Below are positions 40,591-54,833 of a stretch of 64,000 nucleotides of DNA, piece by piece. How positions within the stretch are numbered: position 1 is the first letter of the stretch; every line of letters begins with the position of its first letter. The notes beneath the pieces are model-generated. The model saw nothing but the letters and a program-made list of their open reading frames with translations. It had not been told where the DNA came from and searched no databases. Both the position numbers and the translations under genes were made by a program. Origin of the DNA: Octopus vulgaris (taxonomy: Eukaryota); assembly GCA_951406725.2 (NCBI GenBank), contig OX597822.1, positions 52,762,001 to 52,826,000 of the forward strand. The letters are read 5' to 3'.

Positions 40591-40609
40591 AAGGCTTGAG
40601 AGAGAGAGA

Positions 40610-41300
40610 GAGAAAGAGTCTAAAAGCACTGCCTTCATTATCATTGACGTCCAGGAACACAAATTACCTTCCGGTCCTGGAAGACCGACCGTATCCCAAA
40701 ATCCAGGCCTTTTCTGAACAATACTGCCACCCTACCCCCATTCCCGGTCGACTAAGAGATACGAAAATCTCAAAGTCATCGAAAATGGGAGCCTGGGCCC
40801 GTGTGTCCGCGATCCTGGTCTCACTGACGGCTATTACATCCAAATTTAACCACCTGAGATCATTGCACAAGCGTCCTTGCTTTCATGACGACCCCCAGGC
40901 AACGTACATTTACACACCCTACTTTAAGACCCGCCATGCTCGCCAGGAAGTAAGGAAAGGAAAAAAAGAGTGTCACTTACCCTCTTGGTGGTGTTTGTGG
41001 TCGAGTGGTTCTCCCACCCTGTCTGTTTTGTTGGGTTCCTCTAGGAACCCCCTTAACAGCAGTCTGCTGGCCGTTACTCTGGGAGATCCAGTGTCATACA
41101 GGAAGCTCCGCTTTATGTTCGTGTAAGTCTCTAGTGTCATTCGCACCATCATCAGGCTCTGCGGTACTCTAAAAGTGTTGGGGCCGCAAATCACCCTCTC
41201 TGTTTCAACATTCTCATTTTGTGCTATGAGGGCCATCAGCTTTTCATTGGCCCTTCTCACTCGCACGGTGTTCCGCTTCTGTGCAGATAGTTGTTGTTGT
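40610..41300 (-). pseudogene. L1/Tx1-like LINE fragment (ORF1 end plus start of the APE endonuclease)
   Basis: NDLRWLNLDVIAVSETRI..FEIFVSLSRPGMGVG fits the APE D-I---ET motif. Confidence 0.6.
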
Positions 41301-41457
41301 TGTAGTAGTGACATTTTTGTTTTTAAGGTTTGTTGTTTTTGATTCTATTGTAGGGGTGTGTGATGGTGTTGGTGATTCTTCTTCTGTCATTCATTTAATG
41401 GTGTATATGTGTGTGTGTGTGTGCACACGCGCACGTGTATATATAAAAATGTACATA

Positions 41458-41531
<74 letters not shown>

Positions 41532-41532
41532 A

Positions 41533-41584
<52 letters not shown>

Positions 41585-41615
41585 CGAGAGCGAGCGAGCT
41601 AGACAGATACATATA

Positions 41616-42783
41616 CACAGACATGACAGAAGTAAATAAACACCTCAAAAAAACCCTCGTTTTTTTGTTTATTTTAGCTTGAAAAGGTTTATATTTCTTA
41701 TTAATTGACATTTTTATGTTTCAGGGTCTATATGCGACAGTTTAATCATGCCACGTACAAAAGAAGCCTGTCTGAATTTCAAAGAGGCCTTATTGTGGGC
41801 CAATCTGAAGATAGACTTAGCCAAGTGTAAAATTGCAGAGCGGGGAAGGAATCCACATCATCTCGCCCACGTCAACTAAGTGCTTCCGACAATCCTTCGC
41901 TTTGTTAAGATAAATGTGGAGGATAATCATCGTAGCCTGGCTTCTGACATAGCACAATCATTTGATGTCAGTCCCAGAACAGCTAACAGGTATCTCCACA
42001 AACTTGGCTACTATGGCAGAGCAGCAGGAAGGAAGCTACTTCGGCCAACCAATATTAAGCGGAGAGAAGATAGGGCCACTAGAATTTTGAGACACTGTCA
42101 TATTCCCTGATGAATCCAGATTTGGTGCATTTTCTAACAGTGGTCGAGTGTGGATTTGAAGACTTTATGATCAAGAATTTGATGTGAAAAGATTGCAGCC
42201 AAAAATGAAACATGATAGCTGTTTTGAGATGGCCTGGGGAGAAATTTGGAGCAATGGTCGATCAGAGCTGGTGGAGTGGGAGGTAAGCATAAACTCAGAC
42301 AAATATGTGCCCATATAACAGAAAGGACTTCTTCCAGTCTTCTTCAGTGGTGAATTGATTAAAAAAGACTTTATTTATGGAAGATGGGACTCCTTATCAC
42401 ACGGCTAAAAAGACCCAAGACTGGTTGGAAAAGAAGGGCATTAAAAAACTTCCAAAACAATCCAGTCATCAGATACGAACCCTATTGAACATCTCTGGGG
42501 AATAATGGACAGGACACTTTGTAAAAAGAACAAGAAAGCATCTTCAAAGCTGGATCTTTTGAGATTACTGCATGGATCTTGGAAAGAAATTCCTCGAGAA
42601 AATATTCATCTGATCAGTTGCATGACTAATAGGGTCCTTGCATTAAAAAATTCAAAGGGCATATCTTCTAAATATTAGATATTCACATTATAATGATTAA
42701 TAAATAATCTGAATGTATAATTTCGGATTTAAAATTTTAACGATTATAAGTGTGTCTATTTACTTCTGTCACTCATGTCTGTG
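41616..42783 (+). mobile_element. Tc1-like transposon with decayed transposase
   Basis: TIRs cacagacatga..cagaagtaaata flanked by TA; DESRF, MAWGEIWSNG, HTAKKTQDWL, NPIEHLWG remnants. Confidence 0.88.
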
Positions 42784-42885
42784 TATATGTACTTAAATGT
42801 TTACATACGTACATATGTATAGATATGTACCTGTATACACATGTATGTATGTATGTATGTATGTATGTATGTATGTATATGTATG

Positions 42886-43665
<780 letters not shown>

Positions 43666-43672
43666 ATATATA

Positions 43673-45111
43673 CTAGCAGCATAGCCCGGCGTTGCCCGGA
43701 TATGTAAGAGCCCCTAGTAGGCAACGACTAATCCCAATCTAGTCCTTTCCCTCTAGGGAACGAAGGCGCATGTGTAGGTTGCAATGTCTTCTCTTCACTC
43801 GAAAACTTCTGTGTATACGATGTTCCTAGCTATCCCTTTGGGCGAAAACATGAAAACATTGCGTGAACAGCCCACGTAGAGCTGACCGTGGGCGAAGCAC
43901 TGTTCGACCAAATGTAACCCAGCGACTTGTAGCATTTGGCCTTGGGATTTATTGGGTGGCATTTTGGTGGATAGCAATGTATTTGGCAAAGGTGTAATAA
44001 AAAGGAACACGTGGGGTAAGTATTTTGGTGGATAGCAATGTGTTTGGCAAAGTTGTAATAAAAAGGAACACGTGGGGTAAGTATCCCAAAATGTATAAAA
44101 ATGTACAAAAACGGCAAAAAAGCGGGCAGCAATGTGAGTGACAACAACGAAAAAGTCAAAAGTGACCAAACTGAACAAACGAATGGAAAAGGTTTTTTGG
44201 AGCACACGACAAAAGCGGCTTATAATAAACCAAGAGTTTGCAAGTAGCGTCCGAGGACCCTTAGGGTACGTCAAAAATTTAAGGTAAAACGTTTGGGTGG
44301 TAGTTATAAAGAAAGTTTAAACAAAAAAAGTATTCGAATAACTTGCGGCTGCAGCAGCTATTAGCAGAAGTGGCGGTGTTGGGGTAAAGTCTCGAATGTA
44401 ATTTCTTCCTGGTAGGAATTGGTTGGGTTGAATTATCGATAGCTGTTTGATCGTGTAAGATTTGGGAGTGTAAGAGAGTTAAAAAGGTCGAGTTGCGTCC
44501 CCTAGACAGTATGTGGTTTGTGTTTAATACACAAATCAGTTTGCTATGTGTGCCACATATGATTTAATTAACCGATTGTTTCCAGTAATAAAGTATCCTA
44601 TTGGAATAAAAAGGGCCATATAGCTCCTTGGAGCAGACGTGATGCTCGCTGTGAATTTAAAAAGAAATTCCTGCCAATTTGTGAAAGATATTGTCGAAAA
44701 TATGTCATATTGAATTTGAACGCGATTTCCCAAAATGGCATGATTTTATCGATTTTTTTCTGATGGTAAGGTATTGCATGGAAAACTAACGTCAGAATTA
44801 AGTTTCTTAGGGTAACATTAAGCTTCACCATGAGTTTGGTGAAAATAATTTGCAAGTTGCGAAAACTACAACAGAAAATGTGTTGCATATAAAAAGCTTA
44901 GATTCTCGACCCCATGTCGAATTTATCAATTTTTTTCAGAACTGGGGGAACTTTTCAAAATTTTCGCTGCGTTAGTTTTGAATTATGACATTGGGCTATG
45001 TGTGTGTCAAGTTTCAGCAGAATCGGTTGAAAGCCTTGGTCAGGGTGAGGGTACAACCTGACAGACACACAGACACACGCACAGACAAACTGCCGTTTAT
45101 ATATAGAGAGA
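43673..45111 (-). mobile_element. Non-autonomous Helitron retaining the Pif1-helicase C-terminus
   Basis: 5' TC(TCTCTATATATAAA); 3' hairpin ccgggcaacgccgg and CTAG; inserted at A|T; NKSQGQ..GLHL..CFAHGQLYVGCSR motifs. Confidence 0.9.
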
Positions 45112-45174
45112 TACTTGGAAATGGACGCGTGGCGTTCAATTAATTAATAATATAAATTATATATATATATATAT

Positions 45175-45953
45175 ATATGAGTACAAAATGTCACCACTTG
45201 TGTAAATAACATGAAGTACAAAAACAAACGAGTCAAATACTCAAAGAGAGAAAAATGGAATACAAGACAAGTAACACAGAGAATGACCCCTCATCAGTTG
45301 TCAGTTGTCTATCTACTTCTCATTTTGAGCATTCAACGACAATATGAGATTTCGAAGACAGTTGCTCACATATATTCCAAAATAATATTCTGGATTTATG
45401 GAAGGTTAAAGTTAAGAACAAAAACAAGACAGAAGGGACATATGAGGAAACCAAACCAAAACAAACATGGAGGATCATCAGACCAGAACGAGATAAATAG
45501 TGAACGCTGGAAGAAATATTTTCTTTGAAAAGAGAGAAAGAAAAGCATCCAGTCCTTAGAACGTTGTGCAGAAAAAGAAAGATGGACAAGGGTCACGTGT
45601 GAGCAACGAGAGAGAGACAGAGAGAGGAAAAGAGAAAGAGGGAGAGATAGAGAAAGAGAATTATGTTTTCGTTCGGTTTCCTTGTATGTCTTCTCTGTCC
45701 TGTTTTTGTTCCCAACTTTGAACCTCCATAAATCAAAATTTTATTTTGGAATTTATGGGAGCAACCGTCTTCGAAGACTCATATTGTGGTTGAATGCTCA
45801 AAATGAGGAGTAGATAGACAGCCAACAATTGATGAAGGGTCGTTCTCTGTGTTACTTGTCTTGTTTTCCAATTTTTCTCTCGTTGGTTGCGCATTTAACT
45901 CGTTTGTTTTCGTACTTCATGTTATTTAGACATTTGGCGACGTCCTGAACCCA

Positions 45954-45955
<2 letters not shown>
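45175..45955. mobile_element. (TA)n-flanked fold-back element with long diverged arms
   Basis: About 45175-45465 versus 45665-45955 in reverse complement. Confidence 0.75.
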
Positions 45956-46020
<65 letters not shown>

Positions 46021-46027
<7 letters not shown>

Positions 46028-46868
46028 TATTTAAAAATTGAGGGAGATAAATTAATATTAATTTTAATATCAATTTAAAACCAGTAGTCCAGCATTCAAA
46101 AAATCTGAGGAGTCAGAGAAAATTCAAATATATGTGTATATTGGCAGGGCTGGCCTGCTAGGTAGCCGGCCAGAATGCTAGAAAAAGATCATCAACGATC
46201 AAACTACAAGGGAAATTCTCTAGAGGAAGAATTCAGCGAACACCAGAACCAAATTTGGCGGGCAGGACATATGAAAAATTAAATAAAAAACAGACTTAAA
46301 TGCATACCTCGGTTTCGGTCTTAACAAAAGAATTACTTGCATAATTCAAGTGTCCGTGACTTCTTCAGTACAATTTCAAATGTCTTGGCTCTGGCGCGCT
46401 AAGAGACTCTAATTTATCTCCCTCAATTTTTAAATATTTAAATAAATACGTTCCCTAGTTGTAAGCATTACCCGCAGTGAATTATTCACTGCAGCCCTTA
46501 GCTTCAAGAGTCTCTTAGCGCGCCAGAGCCAAGACATTTGAAATTTTATTCCCGATGTAATCAGTAAGACTAAGCACGTGTCTGTCTTGACACAGAGAGC
46601 TGGGGTTAGTCTTGCGGTTTGCATCTCGAGGACCGAATGTACTGAAGAAGTCACGGACACTTGAATTATGCAAGTAATTCTTTTGTTAAGACCGAAACCG
46701 AGGTATGCATTTAAGTCTGTTTTTTATTTAATTTTTCATATGTCCTGCCCGCCAAATTTGGTTCTGGTGTTCGCTGAATTCTTCCTCTAGAGAATTTCCC
46801 TTGTAGTTTGATCGTTGATCTTTTTCTAGCATTCTGGCCGGCTACCTAGCAGGCCAGCCCTGCCAATA
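46021..46868. mobile_element. (TA)n-embedded cassette with nested inversions and two outward-facing HHRs
   Basis: Arms 46140-46372/46638-46868 near-perfect; extra IRs 46021-46054/46410-46442 and 46372-46410/46507-46546. Confidence 0.85.
46635..46712 (+). ncRNA. Type I HHR (mirror copy at 46298-46373, minus)
   Basis: Stem I gaatgta/tgcattt, CTGAAGA, stem II gtc..gaatta/taattc..gac, GAAACC-GA-GGTA. Confidence 0.8.
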
Positions 46869-46941
<73 letters not shown>

Positions 46942-47786
46942 TCAGTTGAATTAGGTATTTAAATTGAGGCACCAAGCCAGTTCGGTCTAGTTTACACAGA
47001 TCCAAATTGAGTGAACAGAACGTCAATAAGTAACAATGTAAATAAATAACAAGAATGTCCATGGTTTATACTTTATGTTGGAATCTGTATGGTCATCTAA
47101 ATCTGAGGACAGCGTTTTCTTTCAAACTGATTTAATGTTTTCATTGACCAATTAAATGGAGCCGCTCGAAACAGCCGTAATGTATTGGTACCCGGACATC
47201 CTTATTAATGTCTGTTTCTATGCACACATATACTAACATTATTCTGATCTTATTTTTTCTTCAATCAACCTATTCCACATGACCACTGCTTGCTGACAGT
47301 TAAATCAGCTTTTCCTGTAGACGCTAGTTTTTAAAGTAGGAAAGTCATTGAAACAGAACAACTACTGGTCGACATTTTTCTGTAATTTATCATTTAATCA
47401 AAAGGTTATAAGAAAATATATTCAGATTGGTGATTGTCATTCAATTTTTATTAACCTGTCAACTTGTACATAATATATACATAAAGAAATTGTGCCAAAA
47501 TAGCAAAATTTTACGCCAGAGGCTCCTTTGTCACATTATAAAGGAATTCATGGAGTTTTCAAAAAAAAAAAATGGTAAGTCGAACACCTTAACATGCACT
47601 TAACAAGCACCACATTGTTTATTTGTTGTTTGTTTATTTGTTTGTGTGTGTGTGTTTGTATGTGTATGTGCACGCAATTAATTAATAAAAAAAAAACCCG
47701 AAAAAAGACAAGATTAAACAACAACAATACGAGGACGTAGCACATGCAAAGTATTATTAAGACACTCAGATAAGGAAAGAGTGATG

Positions 47787-47821
47787 GTTTTACGTTTCGA
47801 GCATAGCTATTCTTCGGAAAC
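47787..47821 (-). ncRNA. Minimal HHR, same family as 31077
   Basis: gttt-CCGAAGA-a tagc tat gctc-GAAAC-GTA-aaac. Confidence 0.65.
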
Positions 47822-47878
47822 AGAAGACATAGGAAAGTCTAAAAGAAAAGGAAGGAGGAAAAAAATCGCCAACAATAC

Positions 47879-47982
<104 letters not shown>

Positions 47983-48013
47983 ATATATATATGTATATAT
48001 ATATATTTATATG

Positions 48014-48046
<33 letters not shown>

Positions 48047-48093
48047 GTGTATATATATGTATATATATATACATATGTATATATATATATATA

Positions 48094-48184
<91 letters not shown>

Positions 48185-48961
48185 TATACATACATATATG
48201 TATGTATGTATATATATATATATATATACATTCAATTATTATGCCCGTCTGAGATACTCGTACCATTGAATTCTATGGAGGTTTTATTTATTTATTTTAT
48301 TTAAAGAGCTTTTTCTTTCATTTCATTCGCTTTTTATGCCGATTCGTACAGAACGTCGGCCAGTCACAGTTGTTATGCATGCGATGTGGAATGATGCATT
48401 TACTATTGTTTCGTTTACTGAAGCTGACTGACGAAGTCCGTCGCGATTTCCGTTTAAGATCTGCACTAGCGATAAACAGGTTTTTTCCTCCCAATTGTAT
48501 GTTTGTTTGATGCAATTTTTGCGAGGTGTTTAGTTCTGTTGTATTTTTATAAAGTAGACTATTGTCACAGGCCTAAAAAAAAAAAACCCAACTTATTGCT
48601 AATTGCCTGTGTCACGTGATGTTTTACAGCATACTGTGTAAAAGAATCGTTGTTGGACTGCATTTCAGAGCGGACTTATGCGGCGATTTTTTAGCAAATG
48701 ATTTGATTGATAGGAAATTATTGTGTTCTACAATAATATGCTTACACACACACGTGTGTGTTTTCTGTGATTCAACGTATAGAATTTTCTGCTATCCTAA
48801 AGGAAACAATCGGCAACGCATGCACACGAAAACTGTTAATATTTGCAAGAAAACTTACATACACAAGCACTCGCGTAAGTACATACAAACGTATATTTAT
48901 GTTGCCGTCTCTTACATATTAATCAATACATAAGAGTAACATAAGAATAACACACACATAT

Positions 48962-49235
48962 TTTTCTTTTACTTGTTTCAGCCATTTGACTGCGGCCATT
49001 CTGAAGCACCGCCTTTAGTCGAACGGATCAGCCCCAGGACTTATTTTTTTATAACCTTAGTACTTATTCTATCGGCCTCTTTTGCCGAGCCGCAAAGTTA
49101 CGGGGACGTAAACACACCAACATCGGTTGTCAAGTGATAGTGGGGGGGGGGACAAACTCAGACACACATATATATATAACATATATGTATGTGTATGTAT
49201 GTATGTATATATATATGTATATATATATATTTATA

Positions 49236-49303
<68 letters not shown>

Positions 49304-49466
49304 ACGGGCTTCTTTCAGTTTGCGTGTATCAAAATCCACTAACAAGGCTTTGGTCAGCCCGAGGATAAAGTAGAAGACACTTGCCCAAGGTGCCACACAG
49401 TAGGACTGAACCCGGAACCACGTAGTTGAGAAGCAGGCTTCTTACCACACAGCCACTTCTGTGCCT
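48962..49466 (-). mobile_element. SINE family B
   Basis: Full head and tail with internal TA/TG microsatellite. Confidence 0.85.
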
Positions 49467-49599
49467 ATAAAACAATTGACCCTGAAAATATTTGATAATT
49501 AATACTCCTGGCTTACCGGAAAACTCCATAGATTGTATGTGAGAATGCAATGTTTCTATAATGTATGAAATATATTCTTCTATTTAAACGACACTCTCT

Positions 49600-49789
49600 T
49601 TCTGTTGTGTCTGGGGAGAGTCATTCTCTTTTAGTGCCTTATTATTTAACACACTCACTGTTTGAAAAGGTTGCAAGACGCAACGAAAATTTTAGAAAAT
49701 AAAAATAAGAAATAAGTGGAAATTTTACCGGTGAGTGTGTTAAATAATAAGGCACTAAAAGAGAATGACTCTCCCCAGACACGACAGAA
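49600..49789. repeat. 59-bp inverted repeat enclosing an HHR-like remnant
   Basis: Arms 49600-49658/49731-49789; spacer TTGAAAA-g gttgc aagac gcaac-GAAA. Confidence 0.65.
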
Positions 49790-49905
49790 TATGCTTCAAC
49801 ACACGAACTCAGATAAAGAATCTTGCAAACCAAATCCCGAAACGAAATGACACACTCTTTGTTGTTGCACAGATGGTTGATAATCTATATGTTCGTGTGT
49901 GTGTA

Positions 49906-50520
49906 TCTATACATATAAATTTGACATGGGCGATTCCTTCTTGTCTTGCGATTCACGGTCAAACGGCTGGGTGGAATTGAGCGAAAAATTACACAGATGT
50001 GTAGAATGATCCGGTGGTGATGCTGGGCTTTGTATTTTTTTTCATAGCTCCTATGGTTACCGAGATAACCTACTATAATAATTCTCTTGTGTTTATGAAT
50101 GAGAAAGGAAGACGTGATAGATGAATAAGGAAGGAAGGGGTGATGGTCATACTTGGTAGTGTACGCTGAAAAAAATCATCGTTTCAATTCTGTGTGAATA
50201 TATGTGTGTGTATGTGAAAGGGAGTATGTGAATGTGTGTATGTGTGCGTGTGTGTGCATGTATGTGCGTGTGCGCGTGCAATGGAAGTGGAATGGTTAAT
50301 CTTTGTTCTCTTAGTATTTGTTTATTTTTTGATTTGGTTGAATCTTGGTTGTTGTTTTTTGTTTCTGTTCGTTAGTTATTTTTAGCGTTTTGAGAAATGA
50401 AAGTCATTCTAAAATTGTTTTTTAACGTAAGCGTGCCCACACAAGTCGAATGCTTACACAGAGCAGGTTTTACAGCTACATCATCCAAACCGACCCGGTG
50501 AAACCGGGCTTAGATGCTAG
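49906..50520 (+). mobile_element. Non-autonomous Helitron
   Basis: A|TCTATACATATAAA 5' end; 3' hairpin cccggtgaaaccggg then CTAG|T. Confidence 0.85.
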
Positions 50521-50558
50521 TGTACATATAAACATATAATATAGATGTTCAAATGTGT

Positions 50559-50593
<35 letters not shown>

Positions 50594-50609
50594 CACGCAC
50601 ACATATATA

Positions 50610-51000
50610 TTCAAATTTAGGGATTGGAGTAGTAACATCAAGGCTACCTATATTTCCTAGCTAGCAGAATCTCGGAAGTAGTAATTACCCAAATGAGAGG
50701 TACTCCGCTAGCTACTCATCAGGCGAAAGATACCTTAGTCACATTGTCGTTAAGGGATCCCTTGTTAACTCGCTGGAGATTTGATCGAAAATGCGCGGAA
50801 AGCGATCAAATCTCCTGTGAGTTAACACGGAATCCTTTGACGAGATATTACCCTCCATTTGACCCATCGGCCTGATAATTAGCTAGCAGAGTACCCCTCG
50901 TTAGGGTAATTACTACTTCCGAGGTTCTGCCAGCTAGGAAACATAAATATATATATATATATATAGCCTAGATTTTTATCTACTCCATTCCCTAAATTCG
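50610..51000. mobile_element. Inverted-repeat cassette with two outward-facing long-stem-II HHRs
   Basis: Minus 50642-50724: CTGATGA-tagctagcgga/tctgctagcta-GAAAT-ATAG-GTA; plus 50869-50968: ggc-CTGATAA..GAAAC-(AT)n-gcc. Confidence 0.75.
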
Positions 51001-51299
51001 AATTTTTATTCGCATACACAGCATCCCATGTTGGTAACCGTGAACTAGAAAATAGCTGTTTCCAGTTTATCGAACTTCGATATGAGAAAAATCTACAACC
51101 TTCTACGTCAATAAACCACTATGGTTCCTGAAAGTTGCTTTTTTAATACCGTCTACGGACATTTATGCGACTTTACATATATATACGACTTGCTAGATGT
51201 AGCAGCCAAATTTCGCCAATATCAGATATTATTGTTGTAACCTTCCACGTTGTTTAATAGTCATCTCATTCTCCTAGTTCCATTTGTACTACTTTGCCC

Positions 51300-51372
<73 letters not shown>

Positions 51373-51375
<3 letters not shown>

Positions 51376-51550
51376 CGTAGGAGTGGCGCTGTGTGGTAAG
51401 TAGCTTGCTTATCAGCCACATGGTTCCGGGTTCAGTCCCATTGCGTGGCACCTTGGGCAAATGTCTTCTACTATAGCCTCGGGCTGACCAAAGCCTTATG
51501 AGTGGATTTGGTAGACGGAAACTGAAAGAAGCCCGTCGTATATATATATG

Positions 51551-51588
<38 letters not shown>

Positions 51589-51660
51589 AATGTGCGTGTT
51601 AGTGTGTGTGAATGTGCGTGTGAGTATGCGTGTGTGTGTGTGAGTACGTGTGTGTGTCTT
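51373..51660 (+). mobile_element. SINE family B, 5' half
   Basis: Head ggcgtaggagtggc..ggttccgggttcagtccc. Confidence 0.85.
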
Positions 51661-52352
51661 CAGTTGCAACAGTTGGTAAAAATAAGTATAACGCAACGTG
51701 AGATATAAAGTAATTTATTTACATCAGCCGGGAAAACAATCCACAAAAAACCGCAACCTCCATGTTGTGAGTGCTGTGTGCGCGCCGTTGAACATAAAAT
51801 AAATTTCTACTCCAGGCAGAAAGCCAGTCGATAAGATCGACCCCCAGTACGCAACTGGTACTTAATTTATCCACCCTGAAAGGATGAAAGGCAAAGTCGA
51901 CCTCAGCGGGATATGAACCGAAAACGTAAAGACAAACGGAATGAAATTAAAATATTGCTTAAACAAAGGACACACTGTTGCACAGAATTAGCTACACCGA
52001 AAGAGCAAATTAAGCACAGAGAAAAAAAAAAGAGGAATATAAAAGAAAAACGGTAAGTCATGGAAAGCAGTTTGCCATGTTTCAAAAAAAAAAAGTTAAC
52101 ACATTGAAAAGAAAGAAAAAAAAACCCAAAAAAGCAAAATGTAGTCAGAGTTGTTGAATTACAAATAAAGATATCAGTTTATTTGAAAATATCGTAACGA
52201 TAGTTGACGTAAATATAGTTAGTTTATATATCAAGTTCTCTTAATGCTAAAGCTTACAACACACACACACACTCACATATGTATAGATATATCTATATAT
52301 ACATATATCTGCATATATATATATATATATATTTACGACGCTATATATATAT

Positions 52353-52740
52353 ATTACTCATAAAATACAGTGTACATTTAAACACATAAGGAATCCACTC
52401 AGGGGATTCATGACGCTAGAAAGAATAGCTACATTTCAAAACCACAAAATTAGGGATAAAATCCCGAAAGGAGCGAAATGAAAAAAATAAAAACTTTTAC
52501 CATCTAGTTTCCTAGTTTTCATTATTTTTAATTTTGTTCCTTTCGGGATTTTATCCCTAATTTTGTGGTTTTGGAATCTAGCTGTTCTTTCTAGCGTGAT
52601 GAATCCCATGAGTGAATTCCTCTTATGTGTTTAAATGTACACTGTATTTTATGAGTAATACATAGTCTTTGGGCTAAATTTTTACACGCTAGGCCACTGG
52701 AAGTGAAAATTTCTATTAATTTCCATTTCCCTTCGATATG
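52353..52740. mobile_element. (TA)n-embedded inverted-repeat cassette (no HHR seen)
   Basis: Arms about 52353-52495/52514-52660, unique tail to 52740. Confidence 0.75.
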
Positions 52741-52775
<35 letters not shown>

Positions 52776-52913
52776 TTTCATTGGTTTAAGTTGTTATTGT
52801 TCTGCGGCAAATGCTTCTGCATGGGCACCGGTTTCAAGGTTTTAACATCGATTCCTCTGCTTGTTTAAGTCAAGTATTTATTTTATTTGGCATTTTATTG
52901 CTGAACTGCACTC

Positions 52914-53270
52914 ATACTCTTTTATTCGTTTGTTTCAGTCATTTGACTGCGGCCATGGTGGAGCACCGCGTTTAGTCGAACAAATCGACCCTAGGACTTC
53001 TTTGTAAGCCTGCTACTTATTGTATCGGTCTCTTTTGCCGAACTGCTAAGTTACGGAGGCGTAAACAAACCAACATCGGTCGTCAAGTGATGGTGGTGGG
53101 ACAAACGAAAGACATACAATTATATATATATATACATACATACATACACACACGCATATATATATATATATATATATATACATACATACGACGGCTCCTT
53201 TCAGTTTCCATCTACCAAATCCACTCTCAGAGCTTTGGTCAGCCCGAGGCTATAGTAGACGACATTTGCC
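52914..53270 (-). mobile_element. SINE family B
   Basis: Family similarity. Confidence 0.8.
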
Positions 53271-53284
53271 TATATACATATATA

Positions 53285-54700
53285 TTATTTATTGAAACTC
53301 GACTTTTACGCTACTAGTCTTCAGACGAGATTTATTACAAGTAGTTTCTGTTGAAAAATTTATATTCGTTGGGTTGGGTGCGGTCTAATACTTGCGTTTC
53401 GTTCATTTGTTGGCGTTTTGCGATGTCTGAGCAGCTGTTTTCTGTCTTTTATTGCTTATATTTTAATAAGGGTACGCGTTTTCAATTTGCTTACTTATTC
53501 TGAATTTATTTGTCAATCTAGTGAAGTCTATTCTTTTTGTTTTAGCATGTTTTATTTATAGTATTGTGTTAGTAAGTTAGTGAGTGAGTTTAATGGTGAA
53601 ACCAGTTCAGGATGGTTCTATCGCCAAAAAATGTCACATGGCTGAGCGACTCTGATATCACTGCTTGAATGTGTTTTTTGCGATTACTTCGGCTGGCCCA
53701 TGAATTTACGGTATATTGGTCTTGTGTATGCGTGTGTGAACAAACATTTCATAGTTGACTGGTTAAGGCTAGAAAATTAGCATAAAGTATGTATGAATGC
53801 ATATGAATATATACCCATACATATAAAGAATTTTGATTGTATAATTCATTGATGACCATGTTTAGTTTTAAATTGGAGGTTTTTAGCTGTGCATGATTGG
53901 CTCTGTGGGTGTATGACTTGTGGTCAAGACTTTGTGTGTATGTATGTGCGTACTTAGCTGTATTGTTATGTGTCCGATCTTGCTTGGAGTCCGGGCTATC
54001 TTTTGAAGATAAATTTGATTTGGTGTCTACCTTATAACAATTTCATTCAATTCGTTTAAAGTATATGCTTTATTTGATTATGTGGTTTCTTTGAGGATAG
54101 ATTCCAGAAACATTTATTAATGACGGTGCACAGTATATTATTTCCTATGTTTTCTGTTACATCCCCGATGTATTGAGACACAAGACGTCTCCTTTGTATA
54201 AGTTCTGCAATGTGCTCGAACGTGTATCCATCTTAGTGGGTTCAAGTGACACCCACTTAAAGACTTTCAGTTTGTTCAATTTGTGATACTGTCGATATAT
54301 AAACTTTACTTGTAAGTATGAAATTTCCATGTAATGGGTATGTCCTTATTCTGGTACGAGCATCATGTTTAAGGCTGTATGTTGCATGTTCTTTGCTATG
54401 CCGTTGTTTATTGATTTTTTTTTGTATGCTTGACAACTTTTTGCAGGTGTAGCTAATTTTTGTATTGTTTGGGTTGAATACCTTGTAATATATATTTTTC
54501 GTGAAGTGCTTACTAACTACTGTTGCGTCTGAGTTTGTGTGTGTGTGTGTGTTTTCACTTTTACCATCAAAATATGGTATTGTATATATGATTTGTCTTT
54601 CAGTGTCTTATGTGGGATTCGACAACTGGAGCTCAGTAAAATGCCTGCTGGGTTCAGTAGCCTTGAGATCGTTGGTTCAGCATGGCTTCATTCTAATAAA
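53285..54700 (-). pseudogene. Highly decayed Penelope-like element (GIY-YIG region plus 3' end)
   Basis: Minus translation TYPLHGNFILTSKVYISTV..L*VGVT and TLNELNEI resembles PLE CPLxGxC..VIYxAxV..YIGxT..LNxRxEI; CTGAAGA..GTC remnant at 53298-53329. Confidence 0.5.
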
Positions 54701-54796
54701 CAAGTAACAGGAAATATAATACACACCATATATATATATGTGCAAACATAATACACACATGCAAATATCACTTTCTCAGAGATAACGAACTGAATA

Positions 54797-54833
<37 letters not shown>

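Noticed and set aside
45285-45360. Possible type II HHR in the fold-back arms
   Set aside because: CTGATGA is present but stem III and stem I register do not fit
51050-51090. GAAAC-AGCT motif on minus (similar GAAACCGGT at about 52825)
   Set aside because: No recognisable CTGANGA core; may be chance or too decayed
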